Assembly: GCA_035063585.1 (NCBI GenBank)
Contig: JAPSGB010000008.1
Location: 64,001 to 128,000 of the forward strand
DNA from: Polyangiaceae bacterium
GTDB lineage: Bacteria; Myxococcota_A; Polyangia; Polyangiales; Polyangiaceae
Reading direction: 5' to 3'
DNA length: 64,000 nucleotides
Position numbers and translations under genes: made by a program. The notes under the pieces are model-generated. The model did no database searches. It saw only the letters and a list, made by a program, of their open reading frames with translations, and was not told where the DNA came from. Below are positions 50,014 to 59,062 of the stretch, in pieces. Numbering within the stretch: the stretch's first letter is position 1; each line of letters opens with the position of its first letter.

Positions 50014-50037
50014 GTCGAATCTCTCTCCTCTTCGGGT

Positions 50038-51153
50038 TCAGGCGTCCTTCGGTCGCTTGTAGAACGGCGTCTTCACCACGACGGCGTCGATGGCCTTGCC
50101 GCGGCAGTCGACCCGGAAGGCCGCGCCGACCTCGCTCATGCTCACCGGCAGGTATCCGAGCCCGATGTTCTTGTCCAGCGTCGGCGCGGGGCCGCCCGAC
50201 GTGCAGACACCGATCGGCTCGCCGGCGCCGTCGAGGAGCGGGTAGCCGTGCCGAGCGACGCCGCGTCCGGTCATCTCGAAGCCGACCAGCTTGCGCGCCA
50301 GGCCCCGCGCCTTGACGCGGAGCAAGGCGTCTCTCCCGAGAAAGTCGCCCTTGTCGAACTTCACCGTCCAGCCGAGGCCGGCCTCGAGCGGGTTGGTCGT
50401 CTCGTCGATGTCATTGCCGTAGAGCGAGAGGCGCGCCTCGAGCCGGAGCGTGTCGCGCGCGCCGAGCCCGGCCGGCTCGAGCCCGTCCTCCTTGCCGGCC
50501 TCGAGCAGCGCCCGCCAGAGCGCCGGGGCGTCGGCGCTCCCGCAGAAGATCTCGACGCCGTCCTCGCCGGTGTACCCGGTGCGCGCGACGGTGCTCGCGA
50601 CGCCGGCCACGGTCGTCTCGCGGAAGTGAAAGGGCGAGAGCGACTCCCTCACGTTCGTGAGGGCCTGGTCCGCCCGGGCGAGGATCCCGAGCGCGCGCGG
50701 CCCCTGGAGCGCGATGAGCGCGGTCGAATCGCTCACATCCGCGAAATCGCAGCGCCCGCGCGCCGCGGCGGCGAAGTGCGCGCTCATCTTGGCCCGGTTC
50801 GAGGCGTTACACACGACCAGGAGCCGATCCGGGGCGCGCCGGTAGACGATGAGATCGTCGAGGATCGTGCCATTTTCACCGCACGCGCAGGTGTAGAGCG
50901 CCTGTCCGGGCACGGTGCGCGCGAGCGCGTTGGTCACCAGCGAGTCGACCACCGAGGCGGCGTGCTCGCCGTCGAGCTCGAGCTCGCCCATGTGCGACAC
51001 GTCGAAGAGCCCGGCGCGCTGACGGACGGCGCGGTGCTCGGCGGCGATGCCGGCATACTGCACCGGCATTTCCCAGCCCGCGAACGGAACCAGCCGTCCG
51101 CCGAGTCGCCGGTGTTCTTCGTAGAGGGGGGTGCGTGCGAGCTCGTCGGTCAC
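50038..51153 (-). CDS. gcvT: Glycine cleavage system aminomethyltransferase T
   Basis: [43 protein letters not shown]. Confidence 0.96.
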   Translation of the reverse strand: MTDELARTPLYEEHRRLGGRLVPFAGWEMPVQYAGIAAEHRAVRQRAGLFDVSHMGELELDGEHAASVVDSLVTNALARTVPGQALYTCACGENGTILDDLIVYRRAPDRLLVVCNASNRAKMSAHFAAAARGRCDFADVSDSTALIALQGPRALGILARADQALTNVRESLSPFHFRETTVAGVASTVARTGYTGEDGVEIFCGSADAPALWRALLEAGKEDGLEPAGLGARDTLRLEARLSLYGNDIDETTNPLEAGLGWTVKFDKGDFLGRDALLRVKARGLARKLVGFEMTGRGVARHGYPLLDGAGEPIGVCTSGGPAPTLDKNIGLGYLPVSMSEVGAAFRVDCRGKAIDAVVVKTPFYKRPKDA

Positions 51154-51317
51154 GCGGACGCCGTAGCCCGGACCCGCGCAGGCGACAATGCCATCGCGAG
51201 CGCCCGGCCGCGCTGCGCGCTCCTCTGGTGATGAAGGCGCCGGTCGGCTCGGCGCGGCCGGCGCCTCGTTGCGCCGCGCGGCGCACCGGAAGGCCCGCGC
51301 GCCGCCCCGACATCCCC

Positions 51318-51869
51318 TCACTCGAGGGAGCGGGGATCCAGGATCTTGCCGTCCGGCGAGAGGCCGGCGCGCTTCCAGCGCTCGTCCTGGCTGAGCCCCT
51401 CGACCATCGGCGGCGCGGTAATGTCGCGGATGAGCAGCACCGTGCGGCCGCCCGACATGGCGATGACCTCGATGCGATAGGTGTGGCGAGTCGCGTCGCC
51501 GTCGATGCTGACCGCCGGGAAGACCGTGCGCGCGGCGCCGATCTCGACGTGGCGGGTCTTCACGCGGGTTCGCACGTAGTTCGCGACGGCCTCGGGCGAG
51601 ACGTTACCCCCGATGTGGGCGGCGTCCGGGTAGAGATGCTCGAGCTTCATCTCGCGCGGGACCGGGAACCCGAAGACCACGGCCTTCCCCGGCGCGAGCT
51701 CGCCCGGCGTGAGGCGGTCGACCGGCGCCGCCGCGCTCGTGGCCGAGGTGTCGGGCGCGGTCGCGCGGCTCGGCTCTTGGCTCGGCGCGCGGCAGCCGAA
51801 GGTCGCGAGCGCGCCGGCGACGCCGAGCGCCGACAGCGACGCGACCTGGTGCGGACGTGCGCGGGTCAC
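51318..51869 (-). CDS. Hypothetical lipoprotein coupled to pilY1
   Basis: GTGA overlap with the pilY1 stop; lipobox ATFG-C. Confidence 0.7.
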   Translation of the reverse strand: MTRARPHQVASLSALGVAGALATFGCRAPSQEPSRATAPDTSATSAAAPVDRLTPGELAPGKAVVFGFPVPREMKLEHLYPDAAHIGGNVSPEAVANYVRTRVKTRHVEIGAARTVFPAVSIDGDATRHTYRIEVIAMSGGRTVLLIRDITAPPMVEGLSQDERWKRAGLSPDGKILDPRSLE

Positions 51870-54800
51870 TCGGTGATCGCCGCCCAGGAGTCGATGCGCG
51901 GCGTGCTCGGCGGGGTCGGAAGATCGATGGTGAGCACGTTCGACTTCCCGCCGAGGGCCGCGCTCCCCGCGGTACCGGTGTGCATGACGAGCTGGAACTT
52001 ACCGGCGGTCGTGGAGGTGACGCTCGTGTGCGACCCGGTGCCGAAGTACGGGTCGGTGACGGTGCTCTCGTCGGTGCAGGTGGGCTGTTCCATGACCCCT
52101 ACACCGAAGATGGTGGCGCCAGGCTCGAGCAGGGTGCTCGAACTGTCGATGTACTGGACGTAGGTTGGGTTCGCCGCGCTCGGGTCGCTCGGCAAGCGCT
52201 CCTTGCCGCCCTTCGAGAGGTCGGTGGCCTCCTTGGGGAGCAAGTAATCGACGCCCCACACGCGACTCGAGCCCGCGCGGCAGACGTTCGAGCTCGTGGA
52301 GGGCTCCGGCTGGAAGCTCGAGAAGTAGAGCACGCCGTTGAAGAGGGTGATGGGTCCCGCGACGCGCTCGCCGCCGGTGAGCGAGGTCGCCCAGTTCACC
52401 TTCGAGGTGTAGACGCCTGCGACCAGCCGCTCACTCAAGGAGACCGCGTAGTTCTGCATGCCAGCGTCCGCGGTGAGGACCTCCTGGTCCCCGGTCGAAT
52501 AGGCGATGGTGAGGTTCCCGAGCTCGTCGAGCGACAGCACCGGGGCGGTGGCGATGGGCTGACCCGCGTCGAACGCCTTGCCCGAGTACGGATCGGAGAA
52601 GATCTTCATGGTCCAGTTGTCCGGATCGGTCGCGGAGAGATCGACGCGCCAGAGCGTACCGTCTGCGTCACCGACGAACACCCGGTCCGCGATGGCGCCG
52701 GTGTCTCCGGGGAACGCGACCGGCTGACCGGTGATCGGCGAGTCGATCGGCGAGGCGATCACCGTCGCGGCGAGGCCGGCGGGCGCGTCGCTCGCGCTGC
52801 GGCGGAAGGTGCGGATGATCTCGCCGGTGTCGAGGCGAACGACCGTGAGCGAGCGGCTCGCGGCGTCACTGTAACAGTTGACCTTCGAGCGGATCGGGTA
52901 GTTCGAGTCGACCCAGCTCGGGCTCGCCGTCTGCCGGCTGCACTGCGCGCCGGTGGGCGCGCCGCCGGAGCCGCCCGGGAGCAGCGCCACCGCGACCTCA
53001 CGGGGGGCCCCCGACGAGTCGTTGAAGAACAGCGTGGTGATGAGCGGCGTCGAGCCGCTCTGACCGAAGAGCGCGTTGCCGTCCGCGTCCTTGGTGAGCT
53101 GCCAAAGGAACTTCGGCCCCTTCTTCGGATCGGCCGAGTCGGGCACGGGGTTGGTCACGTCGAGCGCGAAGTAGCCGCCGCGGGTCGCGCCGAAGCTCTG
53201 GACCAGGATCGTCCTCCAGGTGGTGGCACCCGAGCGGGCGTTGGCCGGGGTCCGCTCGAGCCTGAAGCTCCCGTCGCTGGCGCCGGTCGCGATCACGTCC
53301 TTTACCACCGGGATGCCGTCGAGCAGCGGCACGTGGGTGCCCGGATACTGAGACGGTATCGACGGCAGCACCGCCGGCGGCAGGAACGCCCAGAGCTCGT
53401 TATTTCCGAGGGAGTTGACCGGAGCATCCGCGGAGTTCGTGGTGTCGCCGCGCGCCACCTTGAACGCATGCAAGAAGCCGTCGTTCGTGGAGGTGTAGAG
53501 CACCAGCGGGCGGGTCGCCTGGCTCTGCGCGAAGAGCGCATAGGACTCGTCGCGGAGAAAATCCCCGGGGCGACCCACCAGCCGCGGCGTCGAGTGGTAG
53601 ATGTCCCCGACCAAGTTACATTCCGTGCTCCCGGGCGTCTTGCAGCGCTGGTAGATGGTGCCGTTGTCGAGGCCGAGGTTCCACTTGAGGTACTTGTCGC
53701 GGCACTGCGTGGCGGTCATGCTGGCGCAGGTCGTGCCGTCGATGGACATGGCCGCGGCGGGGGTAGCGGTGTTGAAGCTCGCCGCGTCGCCGGAGTAGAG
53801 GGTGCCCGAGTAGAGCCCGGCCCCGTCGTCCGAGCCGAGCGCGGGGCGGATGCTGCGCTCCGAGTAGCGCGCGCCGACCTTGGCGTCCGCGAGCACCGAG
53901 AAGAAGCGGCGCGCGGGGCCCTTGCCGGAGTTTACGTTGGCGACGAAATCGTCACCGAGGCTGGGGTCGATGGCCTGCGCCTCGGGGGTGATGACATTCG
54001 TGAGCGGATCGACCTTGCAGATGTAGCGCTGGCGGTCGAGCACACCCTTCCACATCGCGAACTGCTGCGGCTCGAACGACGAGTAGAAGCGATAAGAGCC
54101 GGCGAACGGATCGCGAACACTACCGGCAGCGGCGAACACCGGGAGGGTTCGGCTGGTCGTCGACGAGGCGATCTGCGACAGGATCGCGCTCATCGCAGCG
54201 CGGAGCTCGTCGCGGTCGTCGGCGAAGTAGGCGTGGCCGGTGTCGCCGCTCGCCGCGACGCGGTTCAGGGAGCAGCAAGCCTGCAGCTCGGAGTTCGTCG
54301 AGTAGGTGGCGCACGCGCCGGCCGCATTGTTGGGATCCAGATCGGCGCTGGTGAGGGTCTTGCAGTCGATCTGGACCGATCCGCCCACGTTGACCTTGGA
54401 GACCGCGAACCCGATCACGAAGGTCTTCACGCGCTGCGCCGGGCTGGCCGCGTGGGCCAGATCGAAGGCGACCTCCTCGGGCTTGTCGGGATACGGGCAC
54501 ACGCCCGCGGGCGTCCCGCTCATCGCGCACGATGGGCGAAGGTCGAGGTTCGGCTCTCCGTCGCTCAGCAGGATGACGTAGTTCTTGCGGCAGCCGCCCG
54601 CGACGTACGGGTCGCGATAAGGACCGAAGTCCTTCGTGGAGTCGAGCTTGTCGGCGGACTTGTCGTTCCAGAGAAAGTCGCGGGCATCATCCATCATGCC
54701 GGCGATGGGCGTCGCGCCGTAGGGGCGCAACGTGAGGAGGATCTGCTGAATCTGGTCGTTGCGCCCGGTCATCGCCGCGCCCCCCGCGGCGGGGTCACCG

Positions 54801-55546
54801 AACGCGACCATGCGGCCTTCCCAAGGCGGCGCCGCGGCGTTCCGCGCGCCGACCTCGAGGTCCGTGAGCGCGTCGCAGCCGGCCGGCTTCCCGGTGTGCT
54901 TCGGGCCGACGAAGTAGCTCCACGCGCCCGTGTTACCGGTCGCGTAGTCGGCCGTCGTGCCGCTCACCCCGGTCCCCGGATCGGGGAGGGTATCGAAGGT
55001 CATCAGCCCGAAGCGCACCCGATCCCGGAACGAGTCGAGCAGCCCGTCGTTGGCTTGCGAGAAGGTCGAGCAGGTGGTCGCGAGGCTGTTATATGGGTGA
55101 AACAGGATCGCGTTCGACGGAAAATCGTACGCGTTCGCCGTCAGCGCCGCCTGGTTCGGCCCCGGGGTGCACGTCCCGCTGAGCAGCCGGTGGTATGGGT
55201 TGAAGTACTGGTAATCGTAGGGCGCGAGGCCGCCGAGCGAGTACTCGGACAGGAACGCCGAGCTGCTTCGGCTCTGAGCGTCGCATCGGTAGTCGTTGAT
55301 GCCGCCGGTCAGCACCTCGACCAGATCGATCCATCGGCTCTTCCCGCTCACGGCAGCGCCGGTCGGATCGCACGACGGGTAGCTCGCGCTCGAGGCCATG
55401 TATTCCATCGACCCGGACGAGTCGACCAAGAGCAGGGCGTTCGGCGGCGGAGGGTTGACGTCGGCTTGCCCGAGCGCCGCGCCGCTCATCGATGAGAGAC
55501 CTCCGGCGGTCAGGATGGCGAGCCAGATCCGATGACGCGTGTTCAT
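51866..55546 (-). CDS. pilY1: Type IV pilus tip adhesin PilY1 with N-terminal vWA-like domain
   Basis: Signal peptide; LLVDSSGS (MIDAS), TPIAG, LLSDGEP; PilC/PilY1 propeller motifs GDIYHSTP, NDGFLHAF, ELWAFLPP, LDG, YFALDVTNP, GDADGTLWRVDL. Confidence 0.88.
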   Translation of the reverse strand: MNTRHRIWLAILTAGGLSSMSGAALGQADVNPPPPNALLLVDSSGSMEYMASSASYPSCDPTGAAVSGKSRWIDLVEVLTGGINDYRCDAQSRSSSAFLSEYSLGGLAPYDYQYFNPYHRLLSGTCTPGPNQAALTANAYDFPSNAILFHPYNSLATTCSTFSQANDGLLDSFRDRVRFGLMTFDTLPDPGTGVSGTTADYATGNTGAWSYFVGPKHTGKPAGCDALTDLEVGARNAAAPPWEGRMVAFGDPAAGGAAMTGRNDQIQQILLTLRPYGATPIAGMMDDARDFLWNDKSADKLDSTKDFGPYRDPYVAGGCRKNYVILLSDGEPNLDLRPSCAMSGTPAGVCPYPDKPEEVAFDLAHAASPAQRVKTFVIGFAVSKVNVGGSVQIDCKTLTSADLDPNNAAGACATYSTNSELQACCSLNRVAASGDTGHAYFADDRDELRAAMSAILSQIASSTTSRTLPVFAAAGSVRDPFAGSYRFYSSFEPQQFAMWKGVLDRQRYICKVDPLTNVITPEAQAIDPSLGDDFVANVNSGKGPARRFFSVLADAKVGARYSERSIRPALGSDDGAGLYSGTLYSGDAASFNTATPAAAMSIDGTTCASMTATQCRDKYLKWNLGLDNGTIYQRCKTPGSTECNLVGDIYHSTPRLVGRPGDFLRDESYALFAQSQATRPLVLYTSTNDGFLHAFKVARGDTTNSADAPVNSLGNNELWAFLPPAVLPSIPSQYPGTHVPLLDGIPVVKDVIATGASDGSFRLERTPANARSGATTWRTILVQSFGATRGGYFALDVTNPVPDSADPKKGPKFLWQLTKDADGNALFGQSGSTPLITTLFFNDSSGAPREVAVALLPGGSGGAPTGAQCSRQTASPSWVDSNYPIRSKVNCYSDAASRSLTVVRLDTGEIIRTFRRSASDAPAGLAATVIASPIDSPITGQPVAFPGDTGAIADRVFVGDADGTLWRVDLSATDPDNWTMKIFSDPYSGKAFDAGQPIATAPVLSLDELGNLTIAYSTGDQEVLTADAGMQNYAVSLSERLVAGVYTSKVNWATSLTGGERVAGPITLFNGVLYFSSFQPEPSTSSNVCRAGSSRVWGVDYLLPKEATDLSKGGKERLPSDPSAANPTYVQYIDSSSTLLEPGATIFGVGVMEQPTCTDESTVTDPYFGTGSHTSVTSTTAGKFQLVMHTGTAGSAALGGKSNVLTIDLPTPPSTPRIDSWAAITE

Positions 55547-55553
55547 GGTTGCC

Positions 55554-56249
55554 TCATTGCCCGAAGATGTTCGGCAGGGTGACGTGTGCGCGGATGGCCT
55601 GGACGCTCGCGCCGGTGGAGGCGCTGGTGTCCGAGCACCAAGGGTCGGTGTTTGCGCCCGTGCTCGGGAGCGCGCGGAGCTGCGCGAAGGCGGTGAGCGT
55701 CACCTGGACGTCATGGGCGGCGTTCGGGTTGCCGCCGACGTCGGATTTTGCCTTCGGGTCCGAATTGTAGGCCTCGAGCAGCTCGATCATGAAGGCGCCG
55801 TTCATCATCTGCACGGTCGTGGATGGCGTCTGGCCGAGCGGTGGGCCGAGGCTCCCCGGGTCCACGGCGGTCGGGTTGTCGAGGATCGTGTGGCTCGAGA
55901 AGTTCGTGGCGACCCGGCTCGCCACCTCCGACATGAAGAGCTTGTAGCAGGGGATCGGCGCCCCGGTCGTGATCGGCTGGACGTTCGCGTTGGACGGGCA
56001 CGCCTCCTTGCCCTGCCGGAGAAGGTCGAGATACGTGCGCGGGGTAGCGCCGAGCTCTACCGTCCCGATACGGCCCGCGTAGCTCGCGAGATACATGGTC
56101 TGGGTCGCCTGGCGATCGTAGCCGGCCGCGCTGTCGACCAAGCTCGAGGTGCGGGCGGCCAGGATTCCGATGGCGGTGAGCAGCGCGATCACCATCACCA
56201 CGATGAAGACGGCGGCGCCGCGCTCGCGTGAAGGACGACGTCGGGTCAC
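55554..56249 (-). CDS. pilX: Minor pilin, PilX-like
   Basis: RERG|AAVFIVVMVIALL type III signal lacking Glu5; position between pilW and pilY1. Confidence 0.75.
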   Translation of the reverse strand: MTRRRPSRERGAAVFIVVMVIALLTAIGILAARTSSLVDSAAGYDRQATQTMYLASYAGRIGTVELGATPRTYLDLLRQGKEACPSNANVQPITTGAPIPCYKLFMSEVASRVATNFSSHTILDNPTAVDPGSLGPPLGQTPSTTVQMMNGAFMIELLEAYNSDPKAKSDVGGNPNAAHDVQVTLTAFAQLRALPSTGANTDPWCSDTSASTGASVQAIRAHVTLPNIFGQ

Positions 56250-57508
56250 CACAGCACCCCCAGCTGGTTCGGCAACGAGACGTCCGCCTGTAGCGTTCGC
56301 ACCCGCGCGAAGGGGGCGGTGGCGCCCGCGCCGAGCCCGACTCGGTAGAGCCCGGGTGCGACCCCGGTGGGGAAGGTGCCTGAGGAGTCAGAGATGTTGC
56401 CCTGGCGATCGGCCTCGCGCGAGCGCACCGCGAGCCGTACGCGGATCGCCCGGATGCGCTGCGGACCGTTCGGCGGGGTGAGGGCGTTGGTGTCGCCCGC
56501 GTAGTTCCCGATCTGCGCGTTGCCGGCGAGGTAGGTCGCGAGCGCCGGATCGGTGCCGCCGGTGACGTTATTTACCACCGTGACGCCAAACTTCAGATCG
56601 ACCGCGTACTCGGCGACCAGCTCTTCGGTGTTCTCGGTGTCGCCGGTGATCGGCGCGCCGCTGGTGTCGAGCTCGGTGCGGACCAACTCGGTCCGGTGCG
56701 CCTCGAAGGGGACGTCGGCCGCGTTCGTGTAGAGGGGCGCGAAGCGGGTGCTCGAGCTCAGGCTCTTCACCTCGTAGCGAATGAAATTCACCACGTTGAC
56801 GTAGCCGGTCTCGTTGAGCCGGATCCCGCAAGGCGTCGCGTCACTGGTGCGGAAGGTGAGCTTCGGTTGATTGCTGAGGACCACGGTCGGCACGCCGCTC
56901 GTGACGCTGACGCTCTGAATGGTTCCGTACTGCACCCTACCCGAGCGGTCGACGATCCTGAGCGCGCGGCCGGGCTTGAACACCTGGCGCAGGAGCCCGA
57001 CCTGGTCGGTGGCGGCGGAGTAGCCCATACGCGCGAGCGGACCGATCGCCGACTGGAGCGCGACCGAGTAGGTCGTGCCGCCGTCGGTGACGCCCCACAT
57101 CGGGAACTCGTCCACCGAGTCATAAGCGCCGGCGAGATCGATGCTGTCCGGCTGTAGCCCGTTCGCCGACAGAGTCGCGTTGGGCGCCGCCGGCGTCGAG
57201 ATGCGGACCCCGGCCAGGTGTTTTAGCCCAGCGGGCCAGCTCGCGTCGATGGTCTGACAGAGCGCCGGGTCTCGCCTGACGTTCGGGGATGCCATGAACG
57301 AAGCGCGCGCGAGATCGCCGCGGAGGCGTTCGAACCCGACCACGCTCGCCAGCGTGGCGTCCGCCACCCGCGACTCGCGCTGATAGAAGCGTGAGCCGTC
57401 CCGCGCCATCATGAACACGATGACCGACATGAACAGGCCGCCCGAGATCGCGACCATGAGCTCCACCAGCGTGAAGCCGCGAGCCGCCTCTCGCCGCGCG
57501 GCGGTCAC
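56246..57508 (-). CDS. pilW: Minor pilin, PilW-like
   Basis: RG|FTLVELMVA; long pilin with C-terminal IRAIRVRLAVRS. Confidence 0.8.
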   Translation of the reverse strand: MTAARREAARGFTLVELMVAISGGLFMSVIVFMMARDGSRFYQRESRVADATLASVVGFERLRGDLARASFMASPNVRRDPALCQTIDASWPAGLKHLAGVRISTPAAPNATLSANGLQPDSIDLAGAYDSVDEFPMWGVTDGGTTYSVALQSAIGPLARMGYSAATDQVGLLRQVFKPGRALRIVDRSGRVQYGTIQSVSVTSGVPTVVLSNQPKLTFRTSDATPCGIRLNETGYVNVVNFIRYEVKSLSSSTRFAPLYTNAADVPFEAHRTELVRTELDTSGAPITGDTENTEELVAEYAVDLKFGVTVVNNVTGGTDPALATYLAGNAQIGNYAGDTNALTPPNGPQRIRAIRVRLAVRSREADRQGNISDSSGTFPTGVAPGLYRVGLGAGATAPFARVRTLQADVSLPNQLGVLW

Positions 57509-58110
57509 AGCGCCGTCTCCTGCTTGATGGCCGTCGACTGATAGACGAAATGGTACCGATCGAAGGCCTGGCCAATCGCCACCGCGTTGTTCTTCGGGTC
57601 GCAGATGGCGTCGTTGGTGAGCCCCCCTCCCGCGCCATCGCGGAGCCAGAACACGCGCACCTCGGCGCGGATGAGGCCGTTGCCGGAGGTGTCCGGGTAG
57701 AGCCAGTTCAGGCGGATGTGGGTGCAGAAGCGAGCCTGCGCGACGTTGGCGTCGCTCACCACGTTGCCGAGCGCGTCGAAGGACGGACCGAATTGAAGCA
57801 CCGCGTCGTACGCCGGGCGGAGCCACACGTTTTGCTGATCCTCCACCTTGGTGAGCCAGGTCGTGTCGGTGGTGATGTCGCGAACGGTGGAGCGCTGCGA
57901 TGGATGGTTCCACTTGGTAGCGTCCACCGCGAGCTGCTCGACCCACGCCTGCGCGATGTGGGTCGCCAGGGCGAGATCTTTCGCGTGCTGGTTCGAGGTG
58001 ACCATCACCTTCTGCATGGCGACGATGCCCGACACCCCGATGGCGAGGATGGCGAGCGCCATCATGAGCTCCACGATGGTGAAGCCGCGGCGGCTCGACG
58101 AGCGGCTCAT
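57505..58110 (-). CDS. pilV: Minor pilin, PilV-like
   Basis: RG|FTIVELMMALAILAIGVSGIVAMQ. Confidence 0.8.
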   Translation of the reverse strand: MSRSSSRRGFTIVELMMALAILAIGVSGIVAMQKVMVTSNQHAKDLALATHIAQAWVEQLAVDATKWNHPSQRSTVRDITTDTTWLTKVEDQQNVWLRPAYDAVLQFGPSFDALGNVVSDANVAQARFCTHIRLNWLYPDTSGNGLIRAEVRVFWLRDGAGGGLTNDAICDPKNNAVAIGQAFDRYHFVYQSTAIKQETAL

Positions 58111-58817
58111 TTCGACGCTCCGAAGCGCGCCGCGCCGTTCGGCATCACCATGACCGTGCGGGTGAGCCCCTCGGCGGTCCCGGAGCTGTTCTTGCGCCAG
58201 ACGGACGCCTCCGGGACGCCGCCGAGCGCTGTCCAGGCGCCCGCCTGACCATAGCGGACGTAGGCGCGGCCGAGCGGCGTGAAGCAGACGTCCATCTGGG
58301 TGACCGTGCCGCCGTTCGAGCTGTCGCCGGGCGCGCCGTTCATCGTGAGCTGCACGTCCGAGTACTCGCTCCGGTTCCAGGGATCGAACCGCGACACGAG
58401 CACGTTGTCGGTGATGTCGGTCGTCTTGGTGCCGGAGGGGGTGACCCACGCGGGCAGGACGCAGCTCGAGGTCGGGAGGCGCTGACACTCGGCCTGCGTC
58501 GCCGCGGTGCCCCGAACCGCCTCCTGAACCGTGAGCGAGCCTGCCGAGTTCGAGGTGGCGTCGTACCGAACCAGGACTGCCGCGCCGCGCCCCATGGCTC
58601 GCATGCGGGCGCCGCGGTAAATCGACACGACCTCCTGGGCCGCCTGGTACACCCGCCGGTCGCGGAGTTGGTGGGTCACTGCCGGGATCGCGATCACGGC
58701 CAGCACCGCGATGATGACGACCACGACGATGAGCTCGATGAGCGAGAAGCCGCGCTCGCGAGCCCGCCGCTCGGCGCGAACGGGCTCGGAGGACTCGGGG
58801 AGGATGAACGGACGCAC
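58107..58817 (-). CDS. fimU: Minor pilin, FimU/FimT-like
   Basis: RG|FSLIELIVVVVIIAVLAVIAIP, ARMRAM, CFTPLG; start placed downstream of the sigma54 motif. Confidence 0.78.
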   Translation of the reverse strand: MRPFILPESSEPVRAERRARERGFSLIELIVVVVIIAVLAVIAIPAVTHQLRDRRVYQAAQEVVSIYRGARMRAMGRGAAVLVRYDATSNSAGSLTVQEAVRGTAATQAECQRLPTSSCVLPAWVTPSGTKTTDITDNVLVSRFDPWNRSEYSDVQLTMNGAPGDSSNGGTVTQMDVCFTPLGRAYVRYGQAGAWTALGGVPEASVWRKNSSGTAEGLTRTVMVMPNGAARFGASK

Positions 58818-58836
58818 GACGACCCGGCTCGCACGG

Positions 58837-58852
58837 AGCAAGCCCTGTGCCG
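58837..58852 (-). promoter_or_regulatory. Sigma54 (-24/-12) promoter of the minor pilin operon
   Basis: Minus strand CGGCAC-AGGGC-TTGCT, exact GG-N10-GC. Confidence 0.7.
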
Positions 58853-58915
58853 ATCATGCGGACCTACCCGTGGTGAATTCCTCCGCGATTTCGTGGTTGA
58901 TCAAACCATCGGCCG

Positions 58916-58945
58916 GCAACGATTTCACCGCTATGTAATCGTTGC
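58916..58945. promoter_or_regulatory. Inverted repeat GCAACGATT-N12-AATCGTTGC, candidate activator binding site
   Basis: Perfect 9-bp arms in an AT-richer intergenic region about 65-95 bp upstream of the -24 element. Confidence 0.55.
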
Positions 58946-59062
58946 AGGTCTGCCCCAGGGTTCTCGATGAGCTCGTTGGTCGGCTGGCCGACCTGCATTG
59001 CCGTCACCCGAGAGCGGCCGGTTTGCTCGTCGCGAGCGGTCGGACTATGGCGAACTCGTCTC

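Noticed and set aside
51154..51317. Glycine riboswitch upstream of gcvT
   Set aside because: No GGAGA / CCGAAG / CTCTCAGG aptamer core on the minus strand.
53440..53460. RGD motif in PilY1 (also in the lipoprotein near 1233)
   Set aside because: Expected by chance in GC-rich proteins; no evidence for integrin binding.
51857..55495. 1212-aa plus-strand ORF
   Set aside because: Antisense shadow of pilY1. The same applies to most other overlapping track ORFs.
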